A DNA stretch of 64,000 nucleotides from an uncultured Nitrososphaerota archaeon (GCA_963799845.1 CAWCYI010000006.1:992001-1056000); one strand, 5' to 3'. Shown: positions 10,306 to 20,982, counted from the stretch's first letter. Program-made: numbers and translations. The notes: generated by a model not told the origin, from the letters alone.

Positions 10306-12354
10306 CTATACCTCGATCACAAGATTCCTGAATCTGTCATTGGTCAACACATTCCCCTCCCGGAGAATAGTCGTCGCGGTCTGCTCCTCGATTATGGCGG
10401 GCCCATTGATCTTGGCGCCGACCCGAAGTGCGTCTCTTTCATAGATTGGGACTCTCTTGAATCCGCTCTCGTCGAAGTAAACACGCCTGAATGTCTTCGG
10501 AATGATCTTCTTTCCCTTGGCTACGATCCTTTCCGGTTTCAGGGGCGCCTTCTTCACGCGCCCGAATGCGGTTAGTCTCAAGTTAACGACCTCCATCGGA
10601 TCTTTCAACGAAAAGTCGTACTGCTTTTCGTGCAGCTGATTGAAGCGTTTTTGTACCGGCCCTATGTTTCCCGACGTTGAGATCTCGGGAGCTGGAGTTG
10701 CGACCGTATGTTCCTGGCCCGAATACCTGATATCCAGAACTGGTTCGAATCGCATGTCGGCTTCAGTCACGTCTTCCGATTCCAACTGCTCGATGGCGCT
10801 CGACTTCATCCGGTCGAGTGTGGCTCGAATTTCGTTCAGGGTCTCCATCTCGAATTTCATAACCTTCGTTTGTATGTAGTCATGACGAATATCCGTCATC
10901 AACATTCCCCAAGCCGAGAAGACTCCTGGCACCCTACCAATGACCACTTTTCTCAAATTCAGTTCTTCGGCGATTGAGGTGGAGAACATCGGACCTCCTC
11001 CACCGAAGGCTATGAGAGTAAAGTCGCGCGGATCGTAACCTCGTCTCACCGAGACAAGTTTGATTGAGTTAACCATGTTTGCAGTCGCAATCTCAATCGC
11101 GCCAATGGCGACCTCAAGAGGAGTCATGTGCAGTTTCTCTGCAACTTTTCTATAGGCCCTCTCCGAGAGCTCGGGTTTCAGTTTGATCTCACCCCCCAGA
11201 AAGTAGTTCGGGTCGATCACCCCCGTCAGGACGAAGGCGTCCGTAAGCGTCGGCTCCTGGCCACCCTTATCCTGACAAGCTGGTCCGGGATCTGCTCCAG
11301 CGCTGATTGGTCCAACTTTCAAAGAACCCAGCTCGTCCACCCAAGCTATGCTTCCGCCTCCCGCACCAATCTCCACAATATCGACGACCGGAACTTTTAC
11401 CGGGTAACCACCGAAGAACTGGCTCCTTTCTATGAAGTACTCGCTGCTTATTTTGAATCTACCGGAATCTATTAGAGCAGTCTTCGCGGTCGTGCCGCCC
11501 ACGTCCAGAGTGATTATGTTGTTCGTTCCGACTTCCTTTCCGACAACCTGCGCGCCTATAACGCCGCCTATCGGACCAGATTCTACTTGGTAGATGGGTG
11601 TCTTTCTTCCTTCTTCGAATGTTGCAACGCCCCCGTTGCTCTGCATAACGTGGAGAGAAATCTTGGCACCCATTTCTCTAAGCTCGCTTTCGAGCGCCGT
11701 CAGGTAAGCGTGGACTTTGGGCTGGACGTACGCATTGAGTACAGCGGTGTTAAACCGCTCGTACTCTCTCCATTCCTTGGTCAGAGCATGCGATACGGTG
11801 ATGTGGGGCGTATTCACCTTTTCCTTAAGAATCTTGTAGGCTTCAAGCTCGTGCTTGGGGTTCGCGTATGAATTGTAAAATGCTATCGCGACTGCTTCGA
11901 TGTTTTCCTTTTCGCAAAGTTCAGCGGCTCTATGGACATCCTCTTCCAACAACGGCCTGAGTTCCTCGCCCGAATACCCGATCCTTTCATCCACCTCGAG
12001 TCTGAACCGCCTTGGGACGAACGGTTTCGGCTTTCTGTAAAGAAAATTGTAAAGATCGGTTCTGTTCGACCTTTGGATCTCCAAAACGTCCCTGAATCCC
12101 TTAGTTGTCAGTAGTAGAGTCTTCGCTCCCTTCCTTTCGGTTAGAGCATTAATCACCATCGTTGAGCCAGTGCCGATGAATCGATCCAATTTCTTTCCTG
12201 GAATCTTACTTTTTCGGATTACATTGATCACGCCTTCAGCATAGTTTGAAGGTGTTGTGGAATCTTTTACAAACGTGTACAGTCCAGTCCGCTCGTCAAC
12301 GGCACAAAAATCTGTAAACGTGCCTCCGACATCGATTGAAGCTCGAATCGGCAT
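10306..12354 (-). CDS. Hydantoinase A / 5-oxoprolinase (N-methylhydantoinase A) subunit
   Basis: DVGGTFTD, ESGP, DVGGTT, GAGGGSIA, SAGADPGPAC, FGGGGP. Confidence 0.95.
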   Translation of the reverse strand: MPIRASIDVGGTFTDFCAVDERTGLYTFVKDSTTPSNYAEGVINVIRKSKIPGKKLDRFIGTGSTMVINALTERKGAKTLLLTTKGFRDVLEIQRSNRTDLYNFLYRKPKPFVPRRFRLEVDERIGYSGEELRPLLEEDVHRAAELCEKENIEAVAIAFYNSYANPKHELEAYKILKEKVNTPHITVSHALTKEWREYERFNTAVLNAYVQPKVHAYLTALESELREMGAKISLHVMQSNGGVATFEEGRKTPIYQVESGPIGGVIGAQVVGKEVGTNNIITLDVGGTTAKTALIDSGRFKISSEYFIERSQFFGGYPVKVPVVDIVEIGAGGGSIAWVDELGSLKVGPISAGADPGPACQDKGGQEPTLTDAFVLTGVIDPNYFLGGEIKLKPELSERAYRKVAEKLHMTPLEVAIGAIEIATANMVNSIKLVSVRRGYDPRDFTLIAFGGGGPMFSTSIAEELNLRKVVIGRVPGVFSAWGMLMTDIRHDYIQTKVMKFEMETLNEIRATLDRMKSSAIEQLESEDVTEADMRFEPVLDIRYSGQEHTVATPAPEISTSGNIGPVQKRFNQLHEKQYDFSLKDPMEVVNLRLTAFGRVKKAPLKPERIVAKGKKIIPKTFRRVYFDESGFKRVPIYERDALRVGAKINGPAIIEEQTATTILREGNVLTNDRFRNLVIEV

Positions 12355-12408
12355 GATTAACGATACTTGGCTACGAGTTATTTAAGATCTGTTTTGTCAT
12401 TGGAAATC

Positions 12409-12540
12409 TTACGGTTCAGTTGTGCCAGACTCTCTATGGGCCTTTGTTACAGCCTTACGCACTGCGGCCGTGGCGTACTTGTGCTCTGGAAATCTTTCAT
12501 CGAGCCAGTAGATCCAATAGTTTGAATCTACATACATCAT
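12409..12540 (-). pseudogene. Truncated PIN-domain (VapC) toxin
   Basis: MMYVDSNYWIY start overlapping the antitoxin stop; ends after 43 aa. Confidence 0.7.
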
Positions 12541-12797
12541 TTAGTCCAGATATCCTTCAACTTTAGCGGATCGGATAGCTGAACTGGAGTTCCATTTTTC
12601 AAGACCCCCTCCATCTTCTGAATAAACTCATCAGGCTGAACATTCTTTGTCAAAACAATTGTTCGATTCTTCACTGTTACCTTGAGTTTTGATCCAGACC
12701 TAATCCCAGATCTCCGTCTGACGACTTCCGGTAAAAGTACCCTGTGTTTGGAATCGACCTTCGCTGTTTCTCCCAAGATTCCCACTTTCGTTCCCAC
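12537..12797 (-). CDS. AbrB/MazE/SpoVT-type antitoxin
   Basis: KVDSKHRVLLPEVVRRRSGIRSGSKL swapped-hairpin pattern. Confidence 0.85.
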   Translation of the reverse strand: MGTKVGILGETAKVDSKHRVLLPEVVRRRSGIRSGSKLKVTVKNRTIVLTKNVQPDEFIQKMEGVLKNGTPVQLSDPLKLKDIWTK

Positions 12798-12849
12798 CTC
12801 GTCTGAAATAACCCTCCTCTTACTTAAAATGTCCAGTTTCTCTTCTCCT

Positions 12850-13203
12850 TTACATCCATCGGAAGAAGTAGCCCCTGCGACGCAACTCGGAGTCTAGTTC
12901 TTCCAATCTTGCCCTGACAACCTTTGCAATCTCAAGTAAATTTTCATCGGACCAATTCCTCAATTCTGCAGGTTTCAATATTTGATTGCAAATCCGGTCG
13001 GACATCGCTCTTTTGTCCAAGAACTCGTCTATTTTCCTTGTATCAGCTGATCCAGCCCTCCTTCCAACAAACTCAGACAGGGCTGTACGAAAAATTTTAG
13101 TGATATCCGTCCTCTCCTCCTTAGCTATATTTAGGGCAGCGTCCAAAACAGGTTTGTCTTCGAGCCGCATGTTGACAGGTATGGTCCAGTGTTCCCTGAC
13201 CAC
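12850..13203 (-). CDS. Putative ribbon-helix-helix DNA-binding protein
   Basis: N-terminal strand-helix-helix pattern (IAKEERTDITKIFRTALSEFV). Confidence 0.55.
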   Translation of the reverse strand: MVREHWTIPVNMRLEDKPVLDAALNIAKEERTDITKIFRTALSEFVGRRAGSADTRKIDEFLDKRAMSDRICNQILKPAELRNWSDENLLEIAKVVRARLEELDSELRRRGYFFRWM

Positions 13204-13265
13204 TATGTTCTACACCAGAGATTATGCACTGCGAGCAGCACTGCAAAAGTTCTAATCATTTTACG

Positions 13266-13640
13266 TCAACTCTCCCTCTCCTCGATTAGAACGGCTTCGC
13301 GATTTGTGTAGCGAGGTCTCCAAAGTTCTCTCTCCTTGAGTGCTCGCTCAATCCCCTTGATGGTTATTCGCCAGACTCCGATCGGCGCACCCTCGCCGGC
13401 AGGAAAGATTTCACCCTTGATTGTGAGATTTTTTCTACCGAACTTGATGACGCTGTTCGTAATTTCTTTTCTTGACAAGGGATACCTCGCATCGAGGTCA
13501 TCCTCGCTGAGCTGAAACCATTTCGCACCTCTCACTTCTTGAAGGACGATCTTTGTTGGCACTCCCGCTTCTGGCGCCCTCGACAACACGCACAAGATGG
13601 GAATTTCGGTGCTAGCGCAGGCGGACGCGCACGCTCTTAT
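13266..13640 (-). CDS. Stand-alone Mrr N-terminal-like winged-helix protein (start uncertain)
   Basis: EIPILxVL...LSEDDLDARY...GVWRITIKG resembles the Mrr_N domain; the ORF's 5' extension is repeat R1. Confidence 0.55.
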   Translation of the reverse strand: MRACASACASTEIPILCVLSRAPEAGVPTKIVLQEVRGAKWFQLSEDDLDARYPLSRKEITNSVIKFGRKNLTIKGEIFPAGEGAPIGVWRITIKGIERALKERELWRPRYTNREAVLIEERES

Positions 13641-13674
13641 CCGCGTGATTACTTTAATTGATTTGTTTTGCACT

Positions 13675-13789
13675 CGTTTCGGCGAATTTTGATTCTCGTT
13701 TCCTTGGATCCACTTTCTTTCAACTGACTGGAGTTCCTTCATGCCGGAACGGCGTCAGAACTGAGGGGTTTCAAAAAACTTGTCGTCTG
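13675..13789. repeat. Dispersed repeat R1, copy a
   Basis: Aligns by eye to 24204-24324 and ends GAGGGGTTTCAAAAAACYTGTCGTCTG. Confidence 0.85.
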
Positions 13790-13874
13790 CTAGTGCAGAC
13801 GACCCCAGTCTGGCTTGTATCTTGCGGTAATATACAGCTACAGCATTAAGACATTTGAGGGAATACTAGGGCGG

Positions 13875-14015
13875 TTAATGATGCCTCGCCCTAACTCTCA
13901 GCTGTCGCCCTCCCTCCCTTTCTTGCTACTTCTATCCGCTTTTTTTTGACATTGCTGCGAAACCCGTCTTCAGTTTCCTCTTCCCAGTACGTACACTCGT
14001 ATTTTTACCCTTCAT
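13875..14015 (-). pseudogene. KGG-motif general stress peptide, copy 1 (one deletion plus one insertion)
   Basis: Paralog of 53849-53989 with the same 141-nt span; KLKTGFAAMS..RIEVARKGGR. Confidence 0.7.
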
Positions 14016-14063
14016 GTCGATTTATCATGATAATCCGAGACTTCCCATATTTTTATCATGTTC

Positions 14064-14239
14064 GGTTATAGCGAAAAGTCAAGCCAGGACTAATGCCTGA
14101 GACTCAGCCTTCATTTCCGCATGTAGCATTTCATCGAAGTTCAACTCAGTTGATTCGCAGGCTCTCTTTTAGAAATCGAATTAAAGAAAAAAATCTCTTC
14201 GAAGAGGATAAGAAAAATTACAGGTAGAGTGCAAAAACC
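14064..14239. repeat. Dispersed 176-bp repeat R2, copy a (MITE-like)
   Basis: Near-identical to 25767-25942; ends GGTTATAGC...GCAAAAACC form an imperfect terminal IR (7/9). Confidence 0.9.
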
Positions 14240-14306
14240 CTTTACATACCTAGGCCGTTTCTGACAGCCTACTAGAGGCCGCTCCCGAGCCAGAACTACG
14301 CCGAAT

Positions 14307-16913
14307 TCAACTTTCCGAATTTGGTTTTGACCTTGACAAAGCCAGAATCAAAGGCGACCCGCTCACCAAAGCCAACTCATATGAAATTACCGCCGCAGCA
14401 GAGGGAGTTGAGGTAATTGACAGTGGAAGGCCGAATAATCCTGACGATATTTTATTGTCAGAAGTCCCAGTAGGCGTAGCAGGAATCTGAGTACGATCGC
14501 TAAACGAAGATTGCGATACAGTCACGCTTACTACACCTGTTCTGGAAGATGAACCGCTGGTGATGGTCGCTGAATTTGTAGCCAAAGCTTGGTCCGAACT
14601 GTTGCTGACTGATATGGAAGTAACCGGAGCAGACGATGTTGATTCGAAAGATGAAGTCGAAATGACGCTCTGTGACGAGCTATCAGTTTGTGTTGATGAA
14701 GTAAAGGAGGTCTCTGTATTTGCACTCAAGGTCGATGTTGCACTTTTACTGGCTGATAAAGTCTCAGTGCTCACTCCACTGGTTTTGACAGTTGACGAGC
14801 TCGAACTCACACTTGTCGAAGTTGCCGAATCTGTCGTAATGGTTGAAGTTGCCGAATCTGTCGTACTTGTCGAAGTTGCCGAAGCTGTCGTAATGGTTGA
14901 AGTTGCCGAATCTGTCGTAATGGTTGAGGAGGTCTTTGTTGTTGAGGTCGAAGGCAATGTGGAGGTGGAACTGGTCGTGCTAGTTCGAGTCGAAGTCGAC
15001 GACTTGGATGTCGAATCTGTCGTAATGGTTGAGGAGGTCTTTGTTGTTGAGGTCGAAGGCAATGTGGAGGTGGAACTGGTCGTGCTAGTTCGAGTCGAAT
15101 CTGTCGTAATGGTTGAGGAGCTCTTTGTTGTTGAGGTCGAAGGCAATGTGGAGGTGGAACTGGTCGTGCTAGTTCGAGTCGAAGTCGACGACTTTGTCGT
15201 GGTTAATCCCATCGACTGCAAGTACAAGTTGACAAACTGATCCCCTCTCACAGCGACGTAGTTCGGCCCCAGCTGATTCATCACTTGCTGAATAAATGGA
15301 AAGCCAGGGTTTTGCGCATTCATGACGAGGTAGACAAAGTGGCTATTCTGAGCGACACTCTGAACTTTGGAAACTGTGGAACTGACACTGCTTGATCCGC
15401 CGGTGGATGGAACTGAATAGCTCTCATACATCACCGGGACTCCATCTACCATCTGCGGCGATCTTCCTACTGCTTGCCAGTTGAAGATTGCAGTCGCTCC
15501 AGAACCTTGAACGTAATTAGTTATGTCCGTCGAAGTAAAGTTGAACCTGTCTCCGAAAATTACGAACCGAATGTTCTCCTGTGCATTGGTGTCGAGCTGC
15601 CCCACCATTCCGAGCAATCCATTTTCGTTGGGGAGCATGTCAGGATGTACGTACGGTCCGCCGCTGGGGCCCGTCACAAAATCGGTCAGGGGCGACGCGG
15701 TCGAATACCATTCGTTCATTATTGGTGGGGCTAATTCCGCAAGCATCGGATTGAACTGCCAGTCTGTTGCGACCTCGTCGCGGTAAGGCTGATTCGTCGC
15801 AGGATCAATTGTATTCCACGTATCCCAATTCGTGTACATCAAATATTGCGCGACCGCATCTCCCTGAGTGAATTGCCACATCACATACGTCTTGGACGAA
15901 CTGTAAGTTACGGGGGCAGCAGTCGTTTGTTGCAAATTCATTGCATTAGGGAAACCGCTGTAAAATGAGAGGTCTGCGGCATCGTCAGAAACCGTCATCA
16001 TCATCTCTCTCTGAGAAAGGTTGGAGATCGTGTTTCCCTCGCCGCCCAAACCAAAGAAACCCATTACGGGAGTCATGGGAGGATAGTTTGACAAAATCGA
16101 ATCCGCAACGGACATGTCCGATTGATTTACGCCTTCGGTGTCGGCGAACGAAAATATGAATGCCTTCGATTCAACTGCGTAGTCAGTGAGCCCCGTCCTG
16201 GCAGAAGGAGAAATCACGAGCAAATTCTTGGTAACCATGCTTCCCACCTGGTTCCACGCCCACTGGTACGCAACCGCACTATTCGTGAACATCCCTTCTA
16301 GATTATACAGAGTATCGATCTTCGACCCAAAGATGCTCTGTATCGTGGAAAGCGCGTCAGAAGGAACCGGAAGTGCGGAATAGACTCCCGCTAGCGTTCT
16401 GGCGATATTGACCTGAGTCGGAAAGATAGGATCATTGGAATCGTAAAGGACTATCTTTACATTCCCGTTGCTATCCTCCACGTAACTCGCGAATTGTTGA
16501 AGAATTTGGGTGGTGGACTCATTTTGATAGGACAGTCCGTAATATTTCGCGGTATACTGAAGCCATGATTGATCGTCAGAAGTTGTGATTGCGAATATCT
16601 TCGGCTGCGTCCGAGCCACAATTCCCTCAAGTGCGATAAGAGTGTACGAAAGAGGCCCCTGGGCATTGACAACGTCTATGGAAGTCGCCGGAAGTGGGCT
16701 TTTCATTATCGGGTAGGAGAGCGAATTAGTCGATGCCTGCGTCTCCGTTGTAGTTGATTCCGAGATATAGGCATGTGAAAAAAACGGACCAGCAAAAGAG
16801 GAAGATAATACAATCATGATTCCGAAAATGCCTGCAATCGTTCCGAAAACTGCCTTGTTGGACGAGAGACCTCTCTTGGAAGATAGAACTCGAATGAGAC
16901 CGTTTCTTCTCAA
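14307..16913 (-). CDS. Membrane-anchored GxGYxYP-family putative glycoside hydrolase with a Ser/Thr-rich stalk
   Basis: LEGIVARTQPKIF, LTDYAV, TQGD, LAELAP, GPSGGPYVHP; N-terminal TM; long S/T tail. Confidence 0.8.
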   Translation of the reverse strand: MRRNGLIRVLSSKRGLSSNKAVFGTIAGIFGIMIVLSSSFAGPFFSHAYISESTTTETQASTNSLSYPIMKSPLPATSIDVVNAQGPLSYTLIALEGIVARTQPKIFAITTSDDQSWLQYTAKYYGLSYQNESTTQILQQFASYVEDSNGNVKIVLYDSNDPIFPTQVNIARTLAGVYSALPVPSDALSTIQSIFGSKIDTLYNLEGMFTNSAVAYQWAWNQVGSMVTKNLLVISPSARTGLTDYAVESKAFIFSFADTEGVNQSDMSVADSILSNYPPMTPVMGFFGLGGEGNTISNLSQREMMMTVSDDAADLSFYSGFPNAMNLQQTTAAPVTYSSSKTYVMWQFTQGDAVAQYLMYTNWDTWNTIDPATNQPYRDEVATDWQFNPMLAELAPPIMNEWYSTASPLTDFVTGPSGGPYVHPDMLPNENGLLGMVGQLDTNAQENIRFVIFGDRFNFTSTDITNYVQGSGATAIFNWQAVGRSPQMVDGVPVMYESYSVPSTGGSSSVSSTVSKVQSVAQNSHFVYLVMNAQNPGFPFIQQVMNQLGPNYVAVRGDQFVNLYLQSMGLTTTKSSTSTRTSTTSSTSTLPSTSTTKSSSTITTDSTRTSTTSSTSTLPSTSTTKTSSTITTDSTSKSSTSTRTSTTSSTSTLPSTSTTKTSSTITTDSATSTITTASATSTSTTDSATSTITTDSATSTSVSSSSSTVKTSGVSTETLSASKSATSTLSANTETSFTSSTQTDSSSQSVISTSSFESTSSAPVTSISVSNSSDQALATNSATITSGSSSRTGVVSVTVSQSSFSDRTQIPATPTGTSDNKISSGLFGLPLSITSTPSAAAVISYELALVSGSPLILALSRSKPNSES
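14815..15190 (-). repeat. Intragenic tandem repeats encoding the S/T stalk
   Basis: Three copies of a ~85-105 bp unit (RTSTTSSTSTLPSTSTTKxSSTITTDS) and four 27-bp units (SATSTITTD-like). Confidence 0.9.
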
Positions 16914-17746
16914 AATTTTATTATCCCTTGACTGATTAGCGGTGGAGAATATGCTTCTTGCGAAGCGATAGCATCGATCAACGAGATGGATTCATATGCT
17001 GCATCGGGATTTGATGTACGTCACGTGACCTGCATTCTTGCAAATCTTCAGAATTTTCAGAACAAAGGAATCCCGTTTTAAAGTCCCATGATTTTGGAAA
17101 TTTTTCTCAGATCGAAACTACTGAACGTCTTTTCGCAAATCGAGATGGTGATTAATGATGCCAATGAATTCAAATTCACGAACCTGATCATTTTATTTCG
17201 CAAAATTGAATATGTTTAATTCACGTACGTTCGAATGCACTTGATTTGTCGATCACTCTGAGAAAAAGGGATCTGAATTCTTTAGGCCGAAACAGATCTG
17301 CCTAACAATTCGGCCTTGATGTTCCCAGAGCACGTGTTACTCAAACCTTCCTGACCGATTTTCTTACAGTCGAATTACCTCATTCTCGTTGGGCGATTCA
17401 CCGATTAACATTAAAGCAATAGCTATTAGAGCAATTTTTCAATGCCCAGCCTAGGCGAAGAATGGTTGGTCTCTTCTGGAACGGATTTCTACAATGCCTC
17501 AAAGAGAACAAGAACCTGAATCAGAACCAAGGCGTTTCTTCATCAGCCGATATGATTTACCAGACAGAATCAACTAGCTGATGAGGCTTAAGATCATTCT
17601 GGCATAGCGGATTGGTCCCATCTTCTTCATGAGTTGGTAGTATTCCTGCGAAGGTTTGGTTCGCTGTTCCTGTATGAACTAATCTCTAATCAAGCAAGCT
17701 AGGAAACGTTATTACCACCATGTAACCTGAGGAACCGAGTTTCGTT

Positions 17747-18854
17747 ATGAAACAGAAACGCGCCATTGGCACTATCATTGTCGTCGTGATTATCGTAATT
17801 ATCGTTCTCGTTGCATCCGTGGGGGCTATCTTATTTCTAGGATCAAAGCCATCCACGATCACATCTTCTACGGCGGTCACCTCTTCTACTTCCAGTTCGA
17901 GTTCAAGCTCGTCGTCCTCATCTCTTTCTAGTTCGAGTTCAACTTCAAGTTCACTAGCTTCCTCTTCCTCCTCTTCCTCCTCTTCCTCCTCTTCGTCCTC
18001 CTCGCTGGCTAGTTCGAGTTCAAGCTCAAGCTCATTCAGCTTCGTCCACATCAACCTCTACATCCACAGTCGCACCCTCATCGTCGACCACACTCTCCTC
18101 AAACACGACGACCTCCGTTTCCGTGACAGTAAACGCCACGACCGCTCTCGGATTCGACAGCAATTCGAGTCTCCCCCAGTATCAGACGACCGCATTTTGG
18201 GCGAACGACACTGAAATGATATCCTGGGAGAACATTACGAACATCCAGCCCCAGGGCGGACCCATTAGTTGGGAGTGGTTCTCTCCGCAGGGAGTCAGCT
18301 TCGCGAACGCTTCGGCAACCATACCCTCCTCTTCTGGAGGGTACCTTTGGCAGGTCGTTTACGGGACTCTTTACATTAGAAATCATCCAGCCTCGTCCAT
18401 GCCTGGGACCTGGCAGGTTATCGTGGACTATAATGGAGCAAAAATAGCGACTCAAAATTTCACAATCCAGTCCACTCAACTACCCCCACCTTTGACCATT
18501 GGGAACGTCTCTCTAGCGATGGGTGTCAACACGACCACTAACGCCCCGATAAATGCAACCACATCTTTTTCCAATACTAGTCCGGCGGTCTACAGCTGGT
18601 TGAATTTTACCAATGTGCCCAGACCGTCGCATAATGTGACTTGGACTTTTCTCATGCCCAACGGAAGCCTATACGAGAATCAAGTCACGTACATGACCAC
18701 CGATCCTGGAGCCAACGGTCAATGGTCGTGGGATACCGCATATGCGTACGCCTCCATAAACGGATACCCCGCGGCGAGCGTGACGGGTACGTGGAAAATT
18801 GACGTCTACATCGACGGGCGGCCCTCCCTCGTTCAGAATTTCACCATCAGCTAA
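17747..18854 (+). CDS. Secreted/membrane-anchored protein with poly-Ser linker and two Ig-like beta domains, frameshifted in the linker
   Basis: KRAIG plus hydrophobic helix (class III-like signal); duplicated module W.F..P.G...PA.S..GTW...Y.G...QNFTI. Confidence 0.7.
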
Positions 18855-19018
18855 TTCCAAAGGCGGCTCCTAGGGAACCCCGTATGCTCGTGGATTTCGA
18901 AGTGCCGAGTGATGTCCCTCCGCTGACTGCTTTAGGCGCCCAGGCATCCCATCCAACAATGGTTATTTAGTAAAAAAAAGTAGGCGGGAAGCTGCGCAAA
19001 AAATTTCGCGCAGCTTTA

Positions 19019-19345
19019 TGGAAGTGGTCCCCCCAAAAGGAGAACGTTTTTTCGCTCTGAAGGTTCATGCTTTTTCCTCCCTCATCTCCCAGTAAGATAA
19101 GAATTCGTACGGCGTTTTGTATCCGAGTGATGAGTGCGGTCTGTCTTCATTGTAATCTTTGAATGCCTCGGCGATCGCGATTTCTGCTTCCTAGTAGTTT
19201 TTGAAATCCTGCGACCACAGATACTCCTTCTTCAGTGTCTTGTGAAAAGATTCGATGTGTCCATTCTGTTCCGGCGTGTTGTAGTAGATGAATTCAAGTT
19301 TGACACCGAGAGCTCTCATCGACTCCCTGAACGCGCTGCTTCGAT
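19019..19345 (-). mobile_element. IS3-family remnant (integrase C-terminus plus right IR)
   Basis: TPEQNGHIESFHKTLKKE and YNEDRPHSSLGYKTPYEF with internal TAG at 19191-19193; terminus TGGAAGTGGTCCCCCCAAAAGG. Confidence 0.85.
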
Positions 19346-19527
19346 CGCCTTCGCGCATTGAAGTATTGATTCGTTCATTATTCGGAGAATTACGCGATCC
19401 TCGAGCCTGAGAGCCTTTTCAAAATACGGCCAGGATTCCAGCTCTTCTTTCAGTTTGGAGCCTTCAGGGAGATCGTACATCTAAGAGATAGATAGCACAT
19501 CTTCGAGTAATAAATGGCATAAAGGCA

Positions 19528-19650
19528 GTTTTCCCCGGGGTCTTTCAGCTGTGAAAAATGGTATCTGATTCGAAATTCTTCGTTGATGGTGCCCCGGGAT
19601 CCAACTTGATCGTTGTCTTCTAGACCGCTCTCGCCATTGGGACTGATCGA
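19528..19650 (-). repeat. Dispersed repeat R4, copy a
   Basis: Reverse complement matches 36662-36770 (ACAACGATCAAGTTGGATCCC..GGGGCA...AAAGACCCCGGGG). Confidence 0.8.
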
Positions 19651-19665
19651 AATTTTCATTTACAT

Positions 19666-20424
19666 TTAGGTTGTTATCTGGAAACTTGATCCTGAATCAG
19701 TCAATGGACTAATAGAAGTTCCAGCAGCTTCCAAAGTAACTAACGCATATCCTTTCTTGCTGGCAGTAGTCCCGAAAGTTGAGTGAACGCGCCATGGTCC
19801 AGCGACAGCAGAGTTTCCGACTTTGGTATATTGAGCACCGAGACTTATCACTGGATTCTTGAAAGCGGTTAGAGTATGCCCATCTGAACTTAGAATCAAT
19901 GCAGCTGAGTTATCAACTGGTTTGAATCCTGACGGCGAATGAGCATTCGTATCGGTCATCTGTCCAGTAGTCTTGTCCTCAATATTCGTATTCCAATTAA
20001 CCGGAGTGTCTCCGATTGGTCGCCATGTTCCCTGAGCTTCGATGATGTCACCCGGTTTTATGATCATTCCAGAGACATCTCCATGACCATAGAAAGATGT
20101 CATTGGATAGATGTTGACAAATGCTCCATAGGAAGCTACTCCATTAGTACAATCCTGATACGTTCCGATTTCCATAGCATCACCTTCTCCATTTATCCCA
20201 TCGATGATTGTCGAGATATTCGATACTGAGTTTGGAGTCGCAGCACAATTTGCTGTCGGGACTATCCAAGATCCTTCAGCTCTAAGAGTCGAGAATGGTC
20301 CAGTCACTTCATATCCAGAATAAAGACTAGTTACTTGAGTTTTCGCAGCTACTAATGGGAATGCTGTTGCACTAAACAATAGCAGCATTGCCATCGTCAG
20401 TAAGACTTTAGGAATGCTTTCCAT
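19666..20424 (-). CDS. Secreted G1 (eqolisin) glutamic-peptidase-like protein, catalytic residues apparently altered
   Basis: Signal peptide; YSGY, GSWIVP..C, IDG, IGTYQDC..G...Y.A...YP, IKPGDII. Confidence 0.7.
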   Translation of the reverse strand: MESIPKVLLTMAMLLLFSATAFPLVAAKTQVTSLYSGYEVTGPFSTLRAEGSWIVPTANCAATPNSVSNISTIIDGINGEGDAMEIGTYQDCTNGVASYGAFVNIYPMTSFYGHGDVSGMIIKPGDIIEAQGTWRPIGDTPVNWNTNIEDKTTGQMTDTNAHSPSGFKPVDNSAALILSSDGHTLTAFKNPVISLGAQYTKVGNSAVAGPWRVHSTFGTTASKKGYALVTLEAAGTSISPLTDSGSSFQITT

Positions 20425-20796
20425 GTAGGTTTTGTCGAGTTGAATCTTAATAAATAGACTCGACTAGTTATTTCTTTGTTTAGTATGGATAATCCTCTAG
20501 CACCTGCAAACAATTCTCCATTATCGGTTAATTTTCTACTTTTTCTATCGGCCCTTAGTTGTCCTGTTGGTCTGGCCAACATCGTTTTGTTTGGATATTG
20601 ATAAGATCTAAAGCATCTAATACACTTTGGATCCGGCCAGCTCATTTCTTTCCGTTGCCTTTCTCTATCCAGTCCCGGATAGCTTCCTCGATTGCGATCT
20701 GGAGCCGCGATCGGCAGCCCAGGCAGCGATTAGCCAAAGCTTTCTTTCGCAATCAGTATTAAGCTGACAAAGCGATCGATGAAAAAAGTAGAACTC

Positions 20797-20982
20797 TTAA
20801 TGGAGAAAGTTGTTTGCTACATCCAATTCGTATTTCCGGTGACAAGAAAGACATTCGTAATTGCGATATCTTGGATGTTTTACTCCATTGATATCTTTGT
20901 AGTATCCTTTCGATATTGTTGGTCGTCCTCTCAATTTCATTCTAGTGTGACAATTCGGGCAACTTTGATACGATCTAGTCAT
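20797..20982 (-). CDS. Small C4 zinc-ribbon protein
   Basis: CPNC...YECLSC, 61 aa from ATG 20982. Confidence 0.6.
   Translation of the reverse strand: MTRSYQSCPNCHTRMKLRGRPTISKGYYKDINGVKHPRYRNYECLSCHRKYELDVANNFLH

Noticed and set aside
13266-13640. Mrr restriction system
   Set aside because: Only the wHTH-like part is present, with no nuclease domain or methylase nearby.
13640-13742. Shared N-terminal peptide (MxELQ..ERxWIQxNENQxSPKR) on two ORFs as a leader-peptide family
   Set aside because: It is read-through into DNA repeat R1; the Lrp gene has its own start at 24043.
14815-15190. CRISPR-like array
   Set aside because: The repeats are in-frame coding units without unique spacers, and no cas genes are present.
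14560-15240. Val/Glu-rich antisense ORFs (also 17686-18054, 57804-58394)
   Set aside because: They are shadows of Ser/Thr-rich genes on the opposite strand.
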